Positions 17,630-28,026 of a stretch of 46,281 nucleotides of DNA are shown here, one piece after another (positions within the stretch are counted from its first letter, which is position 1; every line of letters starts with the position of its first letter). A program made the translations under genes and the position numbers. The notes under the pieces are model-generated. The model was not told where the DNA came from, did not search any database, and saw only the letters and a list, made by a program, of their open reading frames with translations. Source of the stretch: a virus; IMG/VR virus record IMGVR_UViG_3300017971_000396, one strand, 5' to 3'.

Positions 17630-18520
17630 TTAGTCATTTTTTAATGCTTTCTTTTGTTTTTTATCTTCAATCTTTTTCTTTTTCAATTTAGCTTCATTTA
17701 CAATTTCACGTGTAAAGATTGATTGATTGATTTTTTCTTTACCATTTTTCCATCCATGCTTCTTAACTGTTTCCATAGATTCAACAGTTTCTTCTAAAGC
17801 GGCGCGATGTCTATAGAGAAGAATCACTAGATAGATAACAATGCCGATAACTGAAATACCACCAATAATTGCAACAACTATTGGATTTGATCCCATGAAA
17901 TATGCTGAACTTAGAACGACAATTGAAATAGCACAGATTAAAAATCCAGTATTAATAAAACCAGATTTTGTATAAATGCCCCAAGCAATCATTGCAACAC
18001 CTGCTACAATACCCGCTGCTCCAATTCCCATAAGAATTCTCATAATAACAGCAAAGTTTTCATCAGTCTTCATTGCTATATCAGTAAGCATTTTATTAGC
18101 TTTATCTAATTCTTTTCTAAGTTCTTTATTTTGTTTAAGTACTTGTTTGTGCTGCTTATCAATATCTTTAAGATACTTATTCATTAAAGATAATTGATAG
18201 TTAAGTTCAATTAATTCATCAATACTTTTAGTAGCTTCATCAAGCTTAGTAATTACTTGTTTACTATTACCAGATATTTTCGTTGAATGTCGTTTGATAG
18301 TATTGTCTTTAGAAGTTTTAGTAATTTCATTTGCAAGAATTTCATTCTCATTTGTAATTGCTTTAGCAATCCCAACACTTTTATCAAGAGTTTTAACAGC
18401 ATTCGCAACACCTTTCTCAATTTGTGGAGGTTTGATATCTGGTGGAAGTTCAGGAAGCTTCCTAGTCGAGAGGCAGCCTACGAGAAATAAACAGATAAAT
18501 ACGAAAGTTAGCTTTTTCAT
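17630..18520 (-). CDS. lipoprotein with coiled-coil and three C-terminal TM helices
   Basis: MKKLTFVFICLFLVGC lipobox, a long K/E-rich coiled coil, then three hydrophobic helices. Confidence 0.55.
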   Translation of the reverse strand: MKKLTFVFICLFLVGCLSTRKLPELPPDIKPPQIEKGVANAVKTLDKSVGIAKAITNENEILANEITKTSKDNTIKRHSTKISGNSKQVITKLDEATKSIDELIELNYQLSLMNKYLKDIDKQHKQVLKQNKELRKELDKANKMLTDIAMKTDENFAVIMRILMGIGAAGIVAGVAMIAWGIYTKSGFINTGFLICAISIVVLSSAYFMGSNPIVVAIIGGISVIGIVIYLVILLYRHRAALEETVESMETVKKHGWKNGKEKINQSIFTREIVNEAKLKKKKIEDKKQKKALKND

Positions 18521-18561
18521 AACGACAATCCTTTTAATCTATTTATTATAACTAAACTGAA

Positions 18562-19560
18562 TTATCGCAAAGTAATTGAAAAAGCTTTATTTTGAATACT
18601 TGAACCTTTCCAAGATGGAATTCCATCAATTTTAATATTCTTAAGATTCTTTCTAATATGTTTAGGATCAAACGTTAAGATTCTATCTCCGTTAGCTAAG
18701 ACCATATAATCATAGCCTTCACATTTATGATAGTACTTAAACGAGAAAAGAAAGAACTTTTCCCAAAACTTTTCCTTATCAAAACGTCCCACATCATTAA
18801 TACAATCTTTGACCCATTTCTTAATCTTCCATTTTTTAGTTTGTCTATAAAGAAGATGTAATCCACCAGCAATAATATCTGCGACATCATCAGATGTCAT
18901 TTTCCCATCAAGTATTAATTCAGTTGATAATTCTTCAACATACCAAACATTTCTTTTATAGAAATTATATTTGCCAGGATCTTTAGAAAGTTGACGTCCT
19001 GCATATTCTGAGAATTTCTTACTCATATACAAACCAACACTTTGTCCATCACCATAAGCTCTTGGTCCAATAAGACAGCCACGTTTTCCTTTAACTTCTA
19101 TATGGTTATGACCTAGTATTGCATCTCCCCATTCCATATTACCTGGCTTACGGCCACCTTTAAATAAGATAGCTATGGCAGCTTCAGCGATGCCTGCGGG
19201 TGGTGTAGTTCTCCAAACAAGAAGCATCAACCATCTAATTAATTCAGGATCAATACCTCTTGTTTCAAACAGTTTTGGTAGATCAACTATCTTATCAAGA
19301 TAGTCAAAAAGATCAATATCTCTATTATCGAGATATTCACAGAATTTATCTAAATTCTTAAATCTGAGAAGCATAGTATCAATAACTAATTCTACTACTT
19401 CTTCAGGTATGTTAATTTCAATTAGAAATTGTTTTAATTTGGTTTCCTTGTGCTCATCTAATGAGAGCATGTTACGCATCTTTTCCAACTTAATAGTTGA
19501 TATTTTAAAGCTGCCGTCTTTGAGGATTTCTACTATTTCATTCCGTAGTTCCTTGTTCAT
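18562..19560 (-). CDS. hypothetical protein
   Basis: 332-aa ORF. Confidence 0.55.
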   Translation of the reverse strand: MNKELRNEIVEILKDGSFKISTIKLEKMRNMLSLDEHKETKLKQFLIEINIPEEVVELVIDTMLLRFKNLDKFCEYLDNRDIDLFDYLDKIVDLPKLFETRGIDPELIRWLMLLVWRTTPPAGIAEAAIAILFKGGRKPGNMEWGDAILGHNHIEVKGKRGCLIGPRAYGDGQSVGLYMSKKFSEYAGRQLSKDPGKYNFYKRNVWYVEELSTELILDGKMTSDDVADIIAGGLHLLYRQTKKWKIKKWVKDCINDVGRFDKEKFWEKFFLFSFKYYHKCEGYDYMVLANGDRILTFDPKHIRKNLKNIKIDGIPSWKGSSIQNKAFSITLR

Positions 19561-19654
19561 GTTTATTATCCATATCTAATGCATGTACCTTATAAGGTAT
19601 CCTAAGATAAGATAAATCAACAAACATCTTTGTAAACTCTATTAAGAAATTATT

Positions 19655-20017
19655 TTACCAATCGTACTCAAAACCTTTACTACTGCTTTCGTTTTGTAAG
19701 ATATCTTCTTTAATAATATTAATTTCTTCTTTAGTATAATCTTGATCATCTTCACTAAGACGTTCTATAAAATCTACAAATGAAATTGTTTCATAACGTT
19801 CCATACATAAATCATCATAGTGATTAAAATCTTTATCATCTAAAATCTTGTGAGAATAATAGCAACTATAATAATAGTGAATAATTCCACAGTCACAAGC
19901 TTTACAATATGCTTCCCATCTTTCATCTAAATTGAGATCTTTATTAGTTAAAAATTCTTTTAAGTCTTTTCTAAATACTTCTAATGTATTACTTACGTCT
20001 TCAATTGCTTTAATCAT
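19655..20017 (-). CDS. hypothetical protein
   Basis: 120 aa, Cys/His-rich middle. Confidence 0.45.
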   Translation of the reverse strand: MIKAIEDVSNTLEVFRKDLKEFLTNKDLNLDERWEAYCKACDCGIIHYYYSCYYSHKILDDKDFNHYDDLCMERYETISFVDFIERLSEDDQDYTKEEINIIKEDILQNESSSKGFEYDW

Positions 20018-20499
20018 GTAACTGTTAGTCCTGCATTAATAAGATTTTGTTTGAATATTTCCATTTCTTCTTTATTATCGGTGATATCTTCAATAATAGT
20101 GTTATGATCAATTGAGATATTATATCTTGATTCCCATGTACCATTATCTGGTTGAGCTAATATAAAATCACCTAGAGAATATTCTTGTTCATAACCACGA
20201 ATAAAATATCTACTAAGCGAATAATCTTTTCCTGGATAAAATCTTGAAACAAATTCTTTGTCATTTAATTTATTAACAATCTTATATTTCCGGCCTTTTT
20301 CTAATGTAACGTTGTATTCATCGATAAAACAATCTTTTAACTTCATTATATCGATTTGTTCACCACTATAAAAATATAAATTTAACTTTCTATCAGCTAC
20401 AATAATTGTAACTTCAGCAAATCCATAACCTTTATCAACAAGTTTTATTTCTTTAATTTCACGTTTATGAGATGCTACACGCTTCAATTCATTTATCAT
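20014..20499 (-). CDS. hypothetical protein
   Basis: 161 aa, overlapping start/stop. Confidence 0.5.
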   Translation of the reverse strand: MINELKRVASHKREIKEIKLVDKGYGFAEVTIIVADRKLNLYFYSGEQIDIMKLKDCFIDEYNVTLEKGRKYKIVNKLNDKEFVSRFYPGKDYSLSRYFIRGYEQEYSLGDFILAQPDNGTWESRYNISIDHNTIIEDITDNKEEMEIFKQNLINAGLTVT

Positions 20500-20525
20500 A
20501 TTAATCTTACTTTATTAAAATTTAA

Positions 20526-20762
20526 TTAAGGTTTATAACTATGATATAATCTATCATAAGTTTCTTTATATGATTTAATACTATGTGCAATAAAAGCACA
20601 TTTAATTTCACTCATCTTTTTATCAAAATCTAGAGCAGCCTTTTTCTTAGCATCTTCTAAATCTTTTTTAGCATCTAAAACTTCTTGTGGTGTACATTGT
20701 GTACAGTAGCCAAAATCTATACCTTCAAAAGCTCCACAATTACTACAATCATAATGTGCCAT
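20526..20762 (-). CDS. small Zn-ribbon-like protein
   Basis: CSNCG...CTQC. Confidence 0.4.
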   Translation of the reverse strand: MAHYDCSNCGAFEGIDFGYCTQCTPQEVLDAKKDLEDAKKKAALDFDKKMSEIKCAFIAHSIKSYKETYDRLYHSYKP

Positions 20763-21213
20763 AATCTTTATCCTTTTCGTATATCCATTGTTCTTCTATT
20801 TTTTCTCCACAATGTCGACATACATTTTCTTCTTTTGCACATTTAATACAAAGTACTTTAATGTTATTATCATAAAATGGAAATCGCCAATTATGTTTTT
20901 CACAGTATGCATCACCCATTACTTCCATTCCAATACTACCATGTTCAATATATTTTTCAGCACATGTTACACAAACATGATCATCTCTGAGATCTCTTGC
21001 GTTTCTATTTCGTTGGCGTATAAGGAATTCTTCCATACGTTTTTTACGTTCTTCAGATGTTTCTTCAATTGGTTCAGATTGAAATAGAGCAAATGCTGAA
21101 AACTTAGATGGATTCATTGGTTGAATCTTTGGATTTTCAGATAATTCAATAAGCTCTGGTTCTATTTTTCGCAAATTTGGAATTTTAATTGTTGGCACTT
21201 TTTCATAATTCAT
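20749..21213 (-). CDS. Cys-rich hypothetical protein
   Basis: CVTC...C.KH and CIKC...CRHC pairs. Confidence 0.45.
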   Translation of the reverse strand: MNYEKVPTIKIPNLRKIEPELIELSENPKIQPMNPSKFSAFALFQSEPIEETSEERKKRMEEFLIRQRNRNARDLRDDHVCVTCAEKYIEHGSIGMEVMGDAYCEKHNWRFPFYDNNIKVLCIKCAKEENVCRHCGEKIEEQWIYEKDKDYGTL

Positions 21214-21339
21214 CTATAATTATCTCTTTAGTTTTTTCTTTCCATAACTTTTCCATTCTAATAGAAACATCATGACATTCTGTACATTTATTACCAACTG
21301 TTGCAATATTTTTACATTCTAATATAGAGCATTCTAATA

Positions 21340-22320
21340 TCATCTCCAATTCTTGTTCTTCTCGTACCATCCAATAGTCCTTTTAATTCCTTCCTCAAAT
21401 GAAACTCTTGGTTCCCATTTTAGTTTCTTTTTCGCTTTTGTTGCATCTATTGCATATCTACGATCGTGCCCTTTACGATCTTTTACAAATCTAATATATT
21501 TATTCTTATCAATATTAATTGTATTACAAATTTTATCAATTACATCGATATTTGAATAAACTGTATTTGCTCCAAAATTATAAACTTCACCAATTTTTCC
21601 TTCATCAGCGGCTCGCAAAAAACCTTTAATATGATCATCTACATAGATCCAATCACGTTCATTTAAACCGTCACCATATAGTGGAAATTCTTCAGATTTA
21701 CATAACTTTCTTATCAATTTAGGAATTAATTTTTCTTCATGTTGATAAGGACCATAATTATTAGAACAGTGAGTTATAATAGCAGGAAACCCATGGGTTT
21801 TAATGAAAGATTTAACCAACATATCAGCAGCAGCCTTACTAGATGAATAAGGCGAACTGGGGTTATATGGAGAGTCCTCTGTAAAAAAGCCTTCACCTAA
21901 TGGAAGATCTCCATAAACTTCATCAGTAGACATATATACAAAACGAAGTTTGAAATCTTTATCATGATATTGACGTGCTTGCATATAATGCATAGATTCG
22001 CTTAATAATACATGTGTACCTTCAATATTAGTATGGACAAATGCTGTAGCATCTGCAATAGAATTATCTACATGAGACTCAGCAGCTAAATGTAAAATAT
22101 GTGTTGGTCTAAAACATCTAAGTGTTTGTCTTACTATATTAATATCACATATATCAGCAATAACTAAACCACAATTCATATTGTGAATTTCTGGATTAGC
22201 GGCATAAGACATATTATCTATTACACAGACTTCATCACCTCGCAATAACAATAGTTCAACGAGGTTTATTCCAATAAACCCAGCACCACCAGTAACTAAA
22301 TATCTATCTCTATTAAACAT
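21340..22320 (-). CDS. NAD-dependent sugar-nucleotide 4,6-dehydratase (RfbB-like, extended SDR)
   Basis: TGGAGFIG Rossmann motif, YMSTDEVYGD, and the YssSKaaaD catalytic YxxxK. Confidence 0.7.
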   Translation of the reverse strand: MFNRDRYLVTGGAGFIGINLVELLLLRGDEVCVIDNMSYAANPEIHNMNCGLVIADICDINIVRQTLRCFRPTHILHLAAESHVDNSIADATAFVHTNIEGTHVLLSESMHYMQARQYHDKDFKLRFVYMSTDEVYGDLPLGEGFFTEDSPYNPSSPYSSSKAAADMLVKSFIKTHGFPAIITHCSNNYGPYQHEEKLIPKLIRKLCKSEEFPLYGDGLNERDWIYVDDHIKGFLRAADEGKIGEVYNFGANTVYSNIDVIDKICNTINIDKNKYIRFVKDRKGHDRRYAIDATKAKKKLKWEPRVSFEEGIKRTIGWYEKNKNWR

Positions 22321-22393
22321 AATTACTATTTTCCCGTTATTTTTTCTTTGATCATTCTCAGCAGGCTTTTCTTATACTTATTATATAGATTAT

Positions 22394-22708
22394 TTACTTG
22401 TCTAATAAAAGTCTTTTTACTTTAATGATAGCATTGGGAATGTCATCAGTACTATGTCTTAAAGTTTCATCACAGTCAATACACATTTTACATTGATCTT
22501 CACCAGCCCATTGAAAAGTTCTCATATATCCATTAGGTGGAATTTCTTTATTGCAAATTCTACAATGAAATGAGATATTTCCAATTCCCACGGCTTGAAA
22601 ATGCCAATCGGCATCATGTACATATACAACTGTGTCAAAATGATCCATATTTTTATCACATTGACATGATGCTTCTTTTTGTAATTCTTTTATTGTTACT
22701 GTTTTCAT
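22394..22708 (-). CDS. Cys-rich small protein
   Basis: CQCD...HCRICN...CKMCIDC. Confidence 0.45.
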   Translation of the reverse strand: MKTVTIKELQKEASCQCDKNMDHFDTVVYVHDADWHFQAVGIGNISFHCRICNKEIPPNGYMRTFQWAGEDQCKMCIDCDETLRHSTDDIPNAIIKVKRLLLDK

Positions 22709-22710
22709 CT

Positions 22711-23901
22711 TTACTTATCGTATGGGTTATTTACTTGTTGACTAACTGTATAGAATGTAGCACATTTTGGCATATCTTTAATTTTACGAGCTCCAATATA
22801 AGTACAAGCAGAACGTACTCCACCAAGAATATCTTGAATGGTATTAATTACTGGGCCACGATATGGAACGAGAACTTCACGACCTTCGGAAGCTTTATAA
22901 TCATCCTGTTTCCCATAATGTTTTTCCATAGCTTTAGTACTAGACATACCCCAGAATTGTTTGAACTTCTTTTCTTCATATACAGGTTCGTAATATGGAC
23001 GAGGATTAATATTATACCATTGTTCTTCTTCATCACTTTGTGGTAATAATCCACTAACACCGTCAACAAATGATTGTACAGAATTATATTTAGCGTCTTC
23101 TAAAGTTGAATGTGATACATTATATTTAGATACAATCTCACCATCACATTCATCATGACCTGCAAACATACCACCAAGCATTACGAAGTCTGCTCCACCA
23201 CCAAAGGCTTTAGCAATATCTCCTGGATTAGTACATCCACCATCAGACATAATATATCCACCAAGACCATGAGCAGCATCAGCACATTCAACAACAGTAG
23301 TAAATTGAGGACGTCCTACACCAGATTTAATTCTAGTAAGACAAGCGGAACCGGATCCAATACCAACTTTAACACAGTCAGCACCGCGCGTAATAAGTTC
23401 TTCGACCTGTTCTGCCGATACTACATTACCTGCAATCATAAAGATTTTCGGGTTTTCTTTTCTAATTTTGGAAACAAACTCAAGAAATCTTTCAGTGTAT
23501 CCATTAGGAACGTCAATTAATAAAGTTTCAGCGGATAGTGAATGTACTTTCTGCATAACCTTATATTGTTCGTATTCATCGACAGAACGAATTCCTATTG
23601 TAGGAAAAACTAAACTATCATGTATTGCGCTACAATAAATTTTATCCCAATCATCGAGTGTAGTAAATTTACTCATAGCTGTCATCATCTCATATTCTGA
23701 TAATGCTTTTGCCATATCAATCGTAGCGATATTATCCATATTTGCCGCAACGATTGGAACGCCAGTTATTAGTTTATCAGGATTCCATCGACCTCTAAAT
23801 TCTCGTACGAGCGAGACGTCTGCACGCGACGTCAAAGATGAACGCTTTGGTTTCATCATCACTTGAGAAAAATCAAGTTGTGGTTGTTGTATAAGTTGCA
23901 T
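22711..23901 (-). CDS. IMP dehydrogenase/GMP reductase family protein (no CBS pair)
   Basis: GIGSGSACLTR catalytic Cys loop. MSDGGctnpGDiaKAfggGAdfVMLGgmfAG. Confidence 0.65.
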   Translation of the reverse strand: MQLIQQPQLDFSQVMMKPKRSSLTSRADVSLVREFRGRWNPDKLITGVPIVAANMDNIATIDMAKALSEYEMMTAMSKFTTLDDWDKIYCSAIHDSLVFPTIGIRSVDEYEQYKVMQKVHSLSAETLLIDVPNGYTERFLEFVSKIRKENPKIFMIAGNVVSAEQVEELITRGADCVKVGIGSGSACLTRIKSGVGRPQFTTVVECADAAHGLGGYIMSDGGCTNPGDIAKAFGGGADFVMLGGMFAGHDECDGEIVSKYNVSHSTLEDAKYNSVQSFVDGVSGLLPQSDEEEQWYNINPRPYYEPVYEEKKFKQFWGMSSTKAMEKHYGKQDDYKASEGREVLVPYRGPVINTIQDILGGVRSACTYIGARKIKDMPKCATFYTVSQQVNNPYDK

Positions 23902-24237
23902 TTAACAATCCTTTATTTTTTCAATAATACCAGCTTTTACTAGTTTTTCAAGAAAATCATATCCTTTTTCATCATCATAATCAATTGAAATTTCATAAAT
24001 ATCAGCTTCATTTTCTGTATAAAAGTTAAGTTCTTTTTCATATTTTTCAATTTTAGCTATATTATTCTTTTCTTTATACCATTCAAGTTCGTCTTCAATA
24101 TGTTCTTTTATCCAATCATCTTTATGAACATACATATCAAACCACAAATTTTCGAATTTAGTTTGAGGTTTTTCTTTTACTAGAATAATAAACGATGAGC
24201 TACTACTATTACTTACAAATCCGTTTCTACTTTTCAT
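23902..24237 (-). CDS. small protein of the Ser-rich N-terminal-tag family (member 3)
   Basis: Begins MKSRNGFVSNSSSSSFIILV. Confidence 0.6.
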   Translation of the reverse strand: MKSRNGFVSNSSSSSFIILVKEKPQTKFENLWFDMYVHKDDWIKEHIEDELEWYKEKNNIAKIEKYEKELNFYTENEADIYEISIDYDDEKGYDFLEKLVKAGIIEKIKDC

Positions 24238-24532
24238 TTTCTCTCCATTTCAACATTCTTAAACAAGATTCCCATTTTAAAAATTGAATACTAATATCTG
24301 TATGCTCTTTAATAAACCCTGTTATAACATCATAACCGACATATTCATTTTTATAATTTTCATTATATTTACATTTAATGATAAAGCAATCACTATTTTT
24401 ATCATAGCTTTCATTATCATTATGATCAATAACTACAACCATTTCTACTTTATGAAATAATTGAGGATTAAAAGTTCGTGTTACAATACTTCTAATTTCA
24501 TCAACTGAATAATCTTTTAGTCTATCTATCAT
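24227..24532 (-). CDS. hypothetical protein
   Basis: 101-aa ORF. Confidence 0.45.
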   Translation of the reverse strand: MIDRLKDYSVDEIRSIVTRTFNPQLFHKVEMVVVIDHNDNESYDKNSDCFIIKCKYNENYKNEYVGYDVITGFIKEHTDISIQFLKWESCLRMLKWRENEK

Positions 24533-25094
24533 GCTTATTTTTCATTATTTTAAAATACTTATGATCTCTGCCATTAATAAAGTTTCCAATATCTTCACCA
24601 AGACCTCTATCAAAACTTACCTTTTGTAAATACCAAGGACTTAATTTATGATCATTAAAATAACTATCAGCGATATGTTTAAAGACACGTTTTAATAAAA
24701 CCATCTCTTTAGGTTCTTTTATTTTCTTAATTTCCCATTTATCAACAACAAGATAATCTTCCATTAAAGCTTTAAATTCTTCCATTGTAATTTTTGGATT
24801 TAATGGAATACAAAAAGTTGCATCTGTAATAGTACTCATAAAAGATTCACCCATACATGTACAGTTAATATCAAGCATCATATCATATAAAGATCCTTCA
24901 CCATATACAACTTCTGATTCAGTATCATTATAAAATTGTTTAAATTGAATCATGTATTTGTATTGTTGAGGATTTATATTTGCATAAAGCCAATCATCAT
25001 GACATTGTTTACAAATATAACTTTCTCCACATGGATCAATATTTGTAGTCTCAATTAGTTTGCTACACTGATAACAAAGAATCGTATATGACAT
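24522..25094 (-). CDS. Cys-rich hypothetical protein
   Basis: 190 aa. CYQC...C.C near the N-terminus. Confidence 0.5.
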   Translation of the reverse strand: MSYTILCYQCSKLIETTNIDPCGESYICKQCHDDWLYANINPQQYKYMIQFKQFYNDTESEVVYGEGSLYDMMLDINCTCMGESFMSTITDATFCIPLNPKITMEEFKALMEDYLVVDKWEIKKIKEPKEMVLLKRVFKHIADSYFNDHKLSPWYLQKVSFDRGLGEDIGNFINGRDHKYFKIMKNKHDR

Positions 25095-25387
25095 TAATCT
25101 TTCCTTAACATAGGTTTACCATAAAATAGTGAGCCTTGATATGTATAATTACCATAGAGTTCACTTGTAAATTTATACCAAAAATCTACTTCCCATCCAT
25201 TAGTTTCACCGCCATCCATTTCAAAAGAAAAACCAATTGCTAACATTGCTTCTTCTATATGACTAACAGGTATAAGTTCATCAAATGATAATGTTTTTTC
25301 ACCAGATTCAACGAATTCAGAAACTTTTACTTTAACTTCATCTTTATGCATTAGGTAATCTTCCCATGGTTGTTTTTTCGTAAGCAA
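25094..25387 (-). CDS. hypothetical protein
   Basis: 97-aa ORF. Confidence 0.4.
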   Translation of the reverse strand: MLTKKQPWEDYLMHKDEVKVKVSEFVESGEKTLSFDELIPVSHIEEAMLAIGFSFEMDGGETNGWEVDFWYKFTSELYGNYTYQGSLFYGKPMLRKD

Positions 25388-26444
25388 TATTTAGAAGTGC
25401 GAAACTTCCAGTTAGTTTATAAGTTTGATCTTTCCAATCAAATACTACACCTTCAAACGGTGCAGGTGGACCGGGGAGTTGAGCAAATACGTCCATATAA
25501 CTTGAGTCCAAAAGCCCTTTGTTAGAACATTCCATAAATACATCTACTGCAAGTAATCTATGATCATCTTTACTTGTAAGTGACATAGTACCCTCAGAAT
25601 CATCAAGTAGCAAATCACCCATTTTAAAAATGTTTAAATCAACATGTAATCTAATAGCTCTCATTATTTGATAACGTTGTTTTTTATCAATCTGTGTAAA
25701 CTCAGAAGAGTACTTAGGATCTAAATTAGATTTAATTTTTACCATATTAGATGTATTTCTCATAACCCAACGATCAAGAATATCATCAGCCGCCTTAGTA
25801 ACATCCATATTGAAATGTTCTTTCATATGAAGAATAAGACGTTCTTTATAAATTTGATTTAAAGTGACATCTTTTGGAACAGTTCTTAATAGAGATTCTT
25901 TATAACGTTCATAACGATGATTATCAATGATATAAGTAATTTGATTAGGACCACGAACATTAAATTCAATACCGTCACCAATCATACCACGAATATAATT
26001 TGGACATTCTTTTGTTTTTACATTACCTTTTTCATCGAAAGTAACAATAGAATGCATAACGATTGTTGGTTTATATTTAAACATACGATTTGTAAAATCA
26101 TTCATAATCTCAAAATTGATAAATTCTCCGCTAAGATCATAAATATGTGCATCACGTAATAATTGTTCTAATTCACGAGCAGCACTAATCATAACATTTG
26201 CAGCTTCATCATTACTAATCATTCCAATAAGTTTTTCAGGAACAATTGGTTCAACTGCAGTTGTTTTGTTTCGTGCAATTACTGCTTTTCCACCACGCAT
26301 TGTTAAATGAAGATTAATACCATCAACCTTTTCATAAGTTGGAGTATCACCTTTGACAATGGAATCAAACATGTCAACAAGATCTTGACCAGTAAGATTT
26401 ACATTTTCAAAGGGATGTTTCATATGTCCTGCTGCTCCACCCAT
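25344..26444 (-). CDS. hypothetical protein with KxDG motif (possible ATP-dependent ligase/nucleotidyltransferase-like)
   Basis: Start reassigned to MGGAAGHMK, with GGAGG 10 nt upstream. YEKVDGINLHLT resembles ligase motif I, and a C-terminal FEGVVF...YKL resembles motifs IV/V. Weak. Confidence 0.3.
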   Translation of the reverse strand: MGGAAGHMKHPFENVNLTGQDLVDMFDSIVKGDTPTYEKVDGINLHLTMRGGKAVIARNKTTAVEPIVPEKLIGMISNDEAANVMISAARELEQLLRDAHIYDLSGEFINFEIMNDFTNRMFKYKPTIVMHSIVTFDEKGNVKTKECPNYIRGMIGDGIEFNVRGPNQITYIIDNHRYERYKESLLRTVPKDVTLNQIYKERLILHMKEHFNMDVTKAADDILDRWVMRNTSNMVKIKSNLDPKYSSEFTQIDKKQRYQIMRAIRLHVDLNIFKMGDLLLDDSEGTMSLTSKDDHRLLAVDVFMECSNKGLLDSSYMDVFAQLPGPPAPFEGVVFDWKDQTYKLTGSFALLNIAYEKTTMGRLPNA

Positions 26445-26445
26445 A

Positions 26446-26973
26446 TCAGTCACAGCCTCCACAGTCACTACTACCAGAATCATAAGATGAACTTCCACTA
26501 CTATAAGAAGTATCATTATCATAACTAGAACTTCGTGTTGGTTCTGGATCTGGAGTATAAGAAGATTCTTCAGTAGCTTGTGAGATACTAGAAGAAATCA
26601 TATCATTATCACTAAGTACTGATTCATATTCATTAATCATTACAGGTTCTTCGTAATACATATCACCTTGTTCTAATTCGTAATAAACTTCTGTAAATGC
26701 ATCAACAAGCATTACCAACATGAGAAAATCGTCTTCATCGAAGAAAATATCTTCATCCATTTCAGGATATTTAGTTCGGACTTGTTTATTAACAACACCA
26801 TCTTTCATACGAGCTTTCATTGTAGGTGTTACTTCCTTTTTCAAAGCATCATATTTTTCTTGACGTTCGTTAATTTCCTCACGAAGCTTTTTCATTTCTT
26901 CGAGTTTAGATTTAAGTTCAGCTTTTGTTAGTTCTTTTTCTTTTTTACCAAATAATTTACCAAAGAATCCCAT
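26446..26973 (-). CDS. hypothetical protein with coiled-coil N-terminus and Ser/Tyr-rich tail ending CGGCD
   Basis: 175-aa ORF. Confidence 0.5.
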   Translation of the reverse strand: MGFFGKLFGKKEKELTKAELKSKLEEMKKLREEINERQEKYDALKKEVTPTMKARMKDGVVNKQVRTKYPEMDEDIFFDEDDFLMLVMLVDAFTEVYYELEQGDMYYEEPVMINEYESVLSDNDMISSSISQATEESSYTPDPEPTRSSSYDNDTSYSSGSSSYDSGSSDCGGCD

Positions 26974-26996
26974 TTGAAATTCTCCTTATTTTATTG

Positions 26997-27569
26997 TTAA
27001 TGCCACTCAGTTTGTTCACTTGATAACTCACCAAGCAACTGAAATACTTCTTCTTTAATTGGTCCATTTACATGTGTTGGAATATAACTATTAAACTTTT
27101 CCAATCTTCGATATTGTAAATCTTTTCTAAAATCGGATGCGGATATTGGAAGTGGAGATGCATCAAACGTAATATCATCAATAATGTTAATACTTGAATT
27201 ATGTTCTTCCATATATTTTTTAATGCCAGACCAACGTCTATCTAATTTACCATCTTTGTTTGAACCACCAACAATTACATCACAATCTTTTAAAGTTTCA
27301 ATAAAATCATATGCACCTTTAACCGGAGATGGAGCTTGAGAAATACTAATCCAAACATTTGGTAGATGTTGACAATAAATATCAAGTAACGTAAGCGCAA
27401 TTTGAGGATCAATTGGTTTGTTATTTATTGTTCTTAAACTCTTGGATGTTGGACCAGGAGCAGAAATCATAACATAAACTTTATCAACCGCTTTTGAATA
27501 CTTTTCAATCATCATATAATGACCGATATGTGGTGGTTTAAAAGAACCTGGAATTACTGCTATTTTCAT
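26997..27569 (-). CDS. cytidylyltransferase-fold nucleotidyltransferase (NMN/NaMN adenylyltransferase-like)
   Basis: AViPGSFkPpHiGHy matches the (H/T)xGH motif. A later ISAsdfR resembles the ISSTxxR-type motif. Start set at MKIAV. Confidence 0.55.
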   Translation of the reverse strand: MKIAVIPGSFKPPHIGHYMMIEKYSKAVDKVYVMISAPGPTSKSLRTINNKPIDPQIALTLLDIYCQHLPNVWISISQAPSPVKGAYDFIETLKDCDVIVGGSNKDGKLDRRWSGIKKYMEEHNSSINIIDDITFDASPLPISASDFRKDLQYRRLEKFNSYIPTHVNGPIKEEVFQLLGELSSEQTEWH

Positions 27570-27576
27570 AATTTTT

Positions 27577-28026
27577 CTACCAATATAATCCATATCCACC
27601 AATATCAATTCGTGGAACTTTGTTGCTTGTCTTATTATACTTTAAATCTGGTTTTCCAAGTTTAGCTATTTCTAACCAAAGTATATCAAAATCCATTTCA
27701 CAGAAAAAACATTCGAATTTTTTTGTATCTTCAAGTTCTTCAAATGATACATCAATATCATCTTCATATTCTTCCATTGCATATTTAAGATCATCGTCGT
27801 TTAATATACCATGTTTATAAAGCTTCTTAAAATCACCAATAGTAATACTGATATCTTCATATTCTGATGCACAATCTTCTTGAAGATTAACTCCACAGAT
27901 TTTAACACCTTCAGAATACGCTTCTAATAATTCACGTTGATTTTCACAATTAACTTCATAATATTGATCATCATATTTACCATGTCCATCTCGATGACTA
28001 TCACCTATTCTTAAATTTACAAGCAT
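27577..28026 (-). CDS. acidic hypothetical protein
   Basis: 149 aa with GDSHRDGHG near the N-terminus. Not assignable. Confidence 0.45.
   Translation of the reverse strand: MLVNLRIGDSHRDGHGKYDDQYYEVNCENQRELLEAYSEGVKICGVNLQEDCASEYEDISITIGDFKKLYKHGILNDDDLKYAMEEYEDDIDVSFEELEDTKKFECFFCEMDFDILWLEIAKLGKPDLKYNKTSNKVPRIDIGGYGLYW

Noticed and set aside
26445-26522. N-terminal extension MIMILLIVVEVHLMILVVVTVEAVTD of ORF 25344-26522
   Set aside because: It overlaps the upstream gene. An internal ATG with GGAGG 10 nt upstream, located just after the upstream stop, is the far more plausible start.
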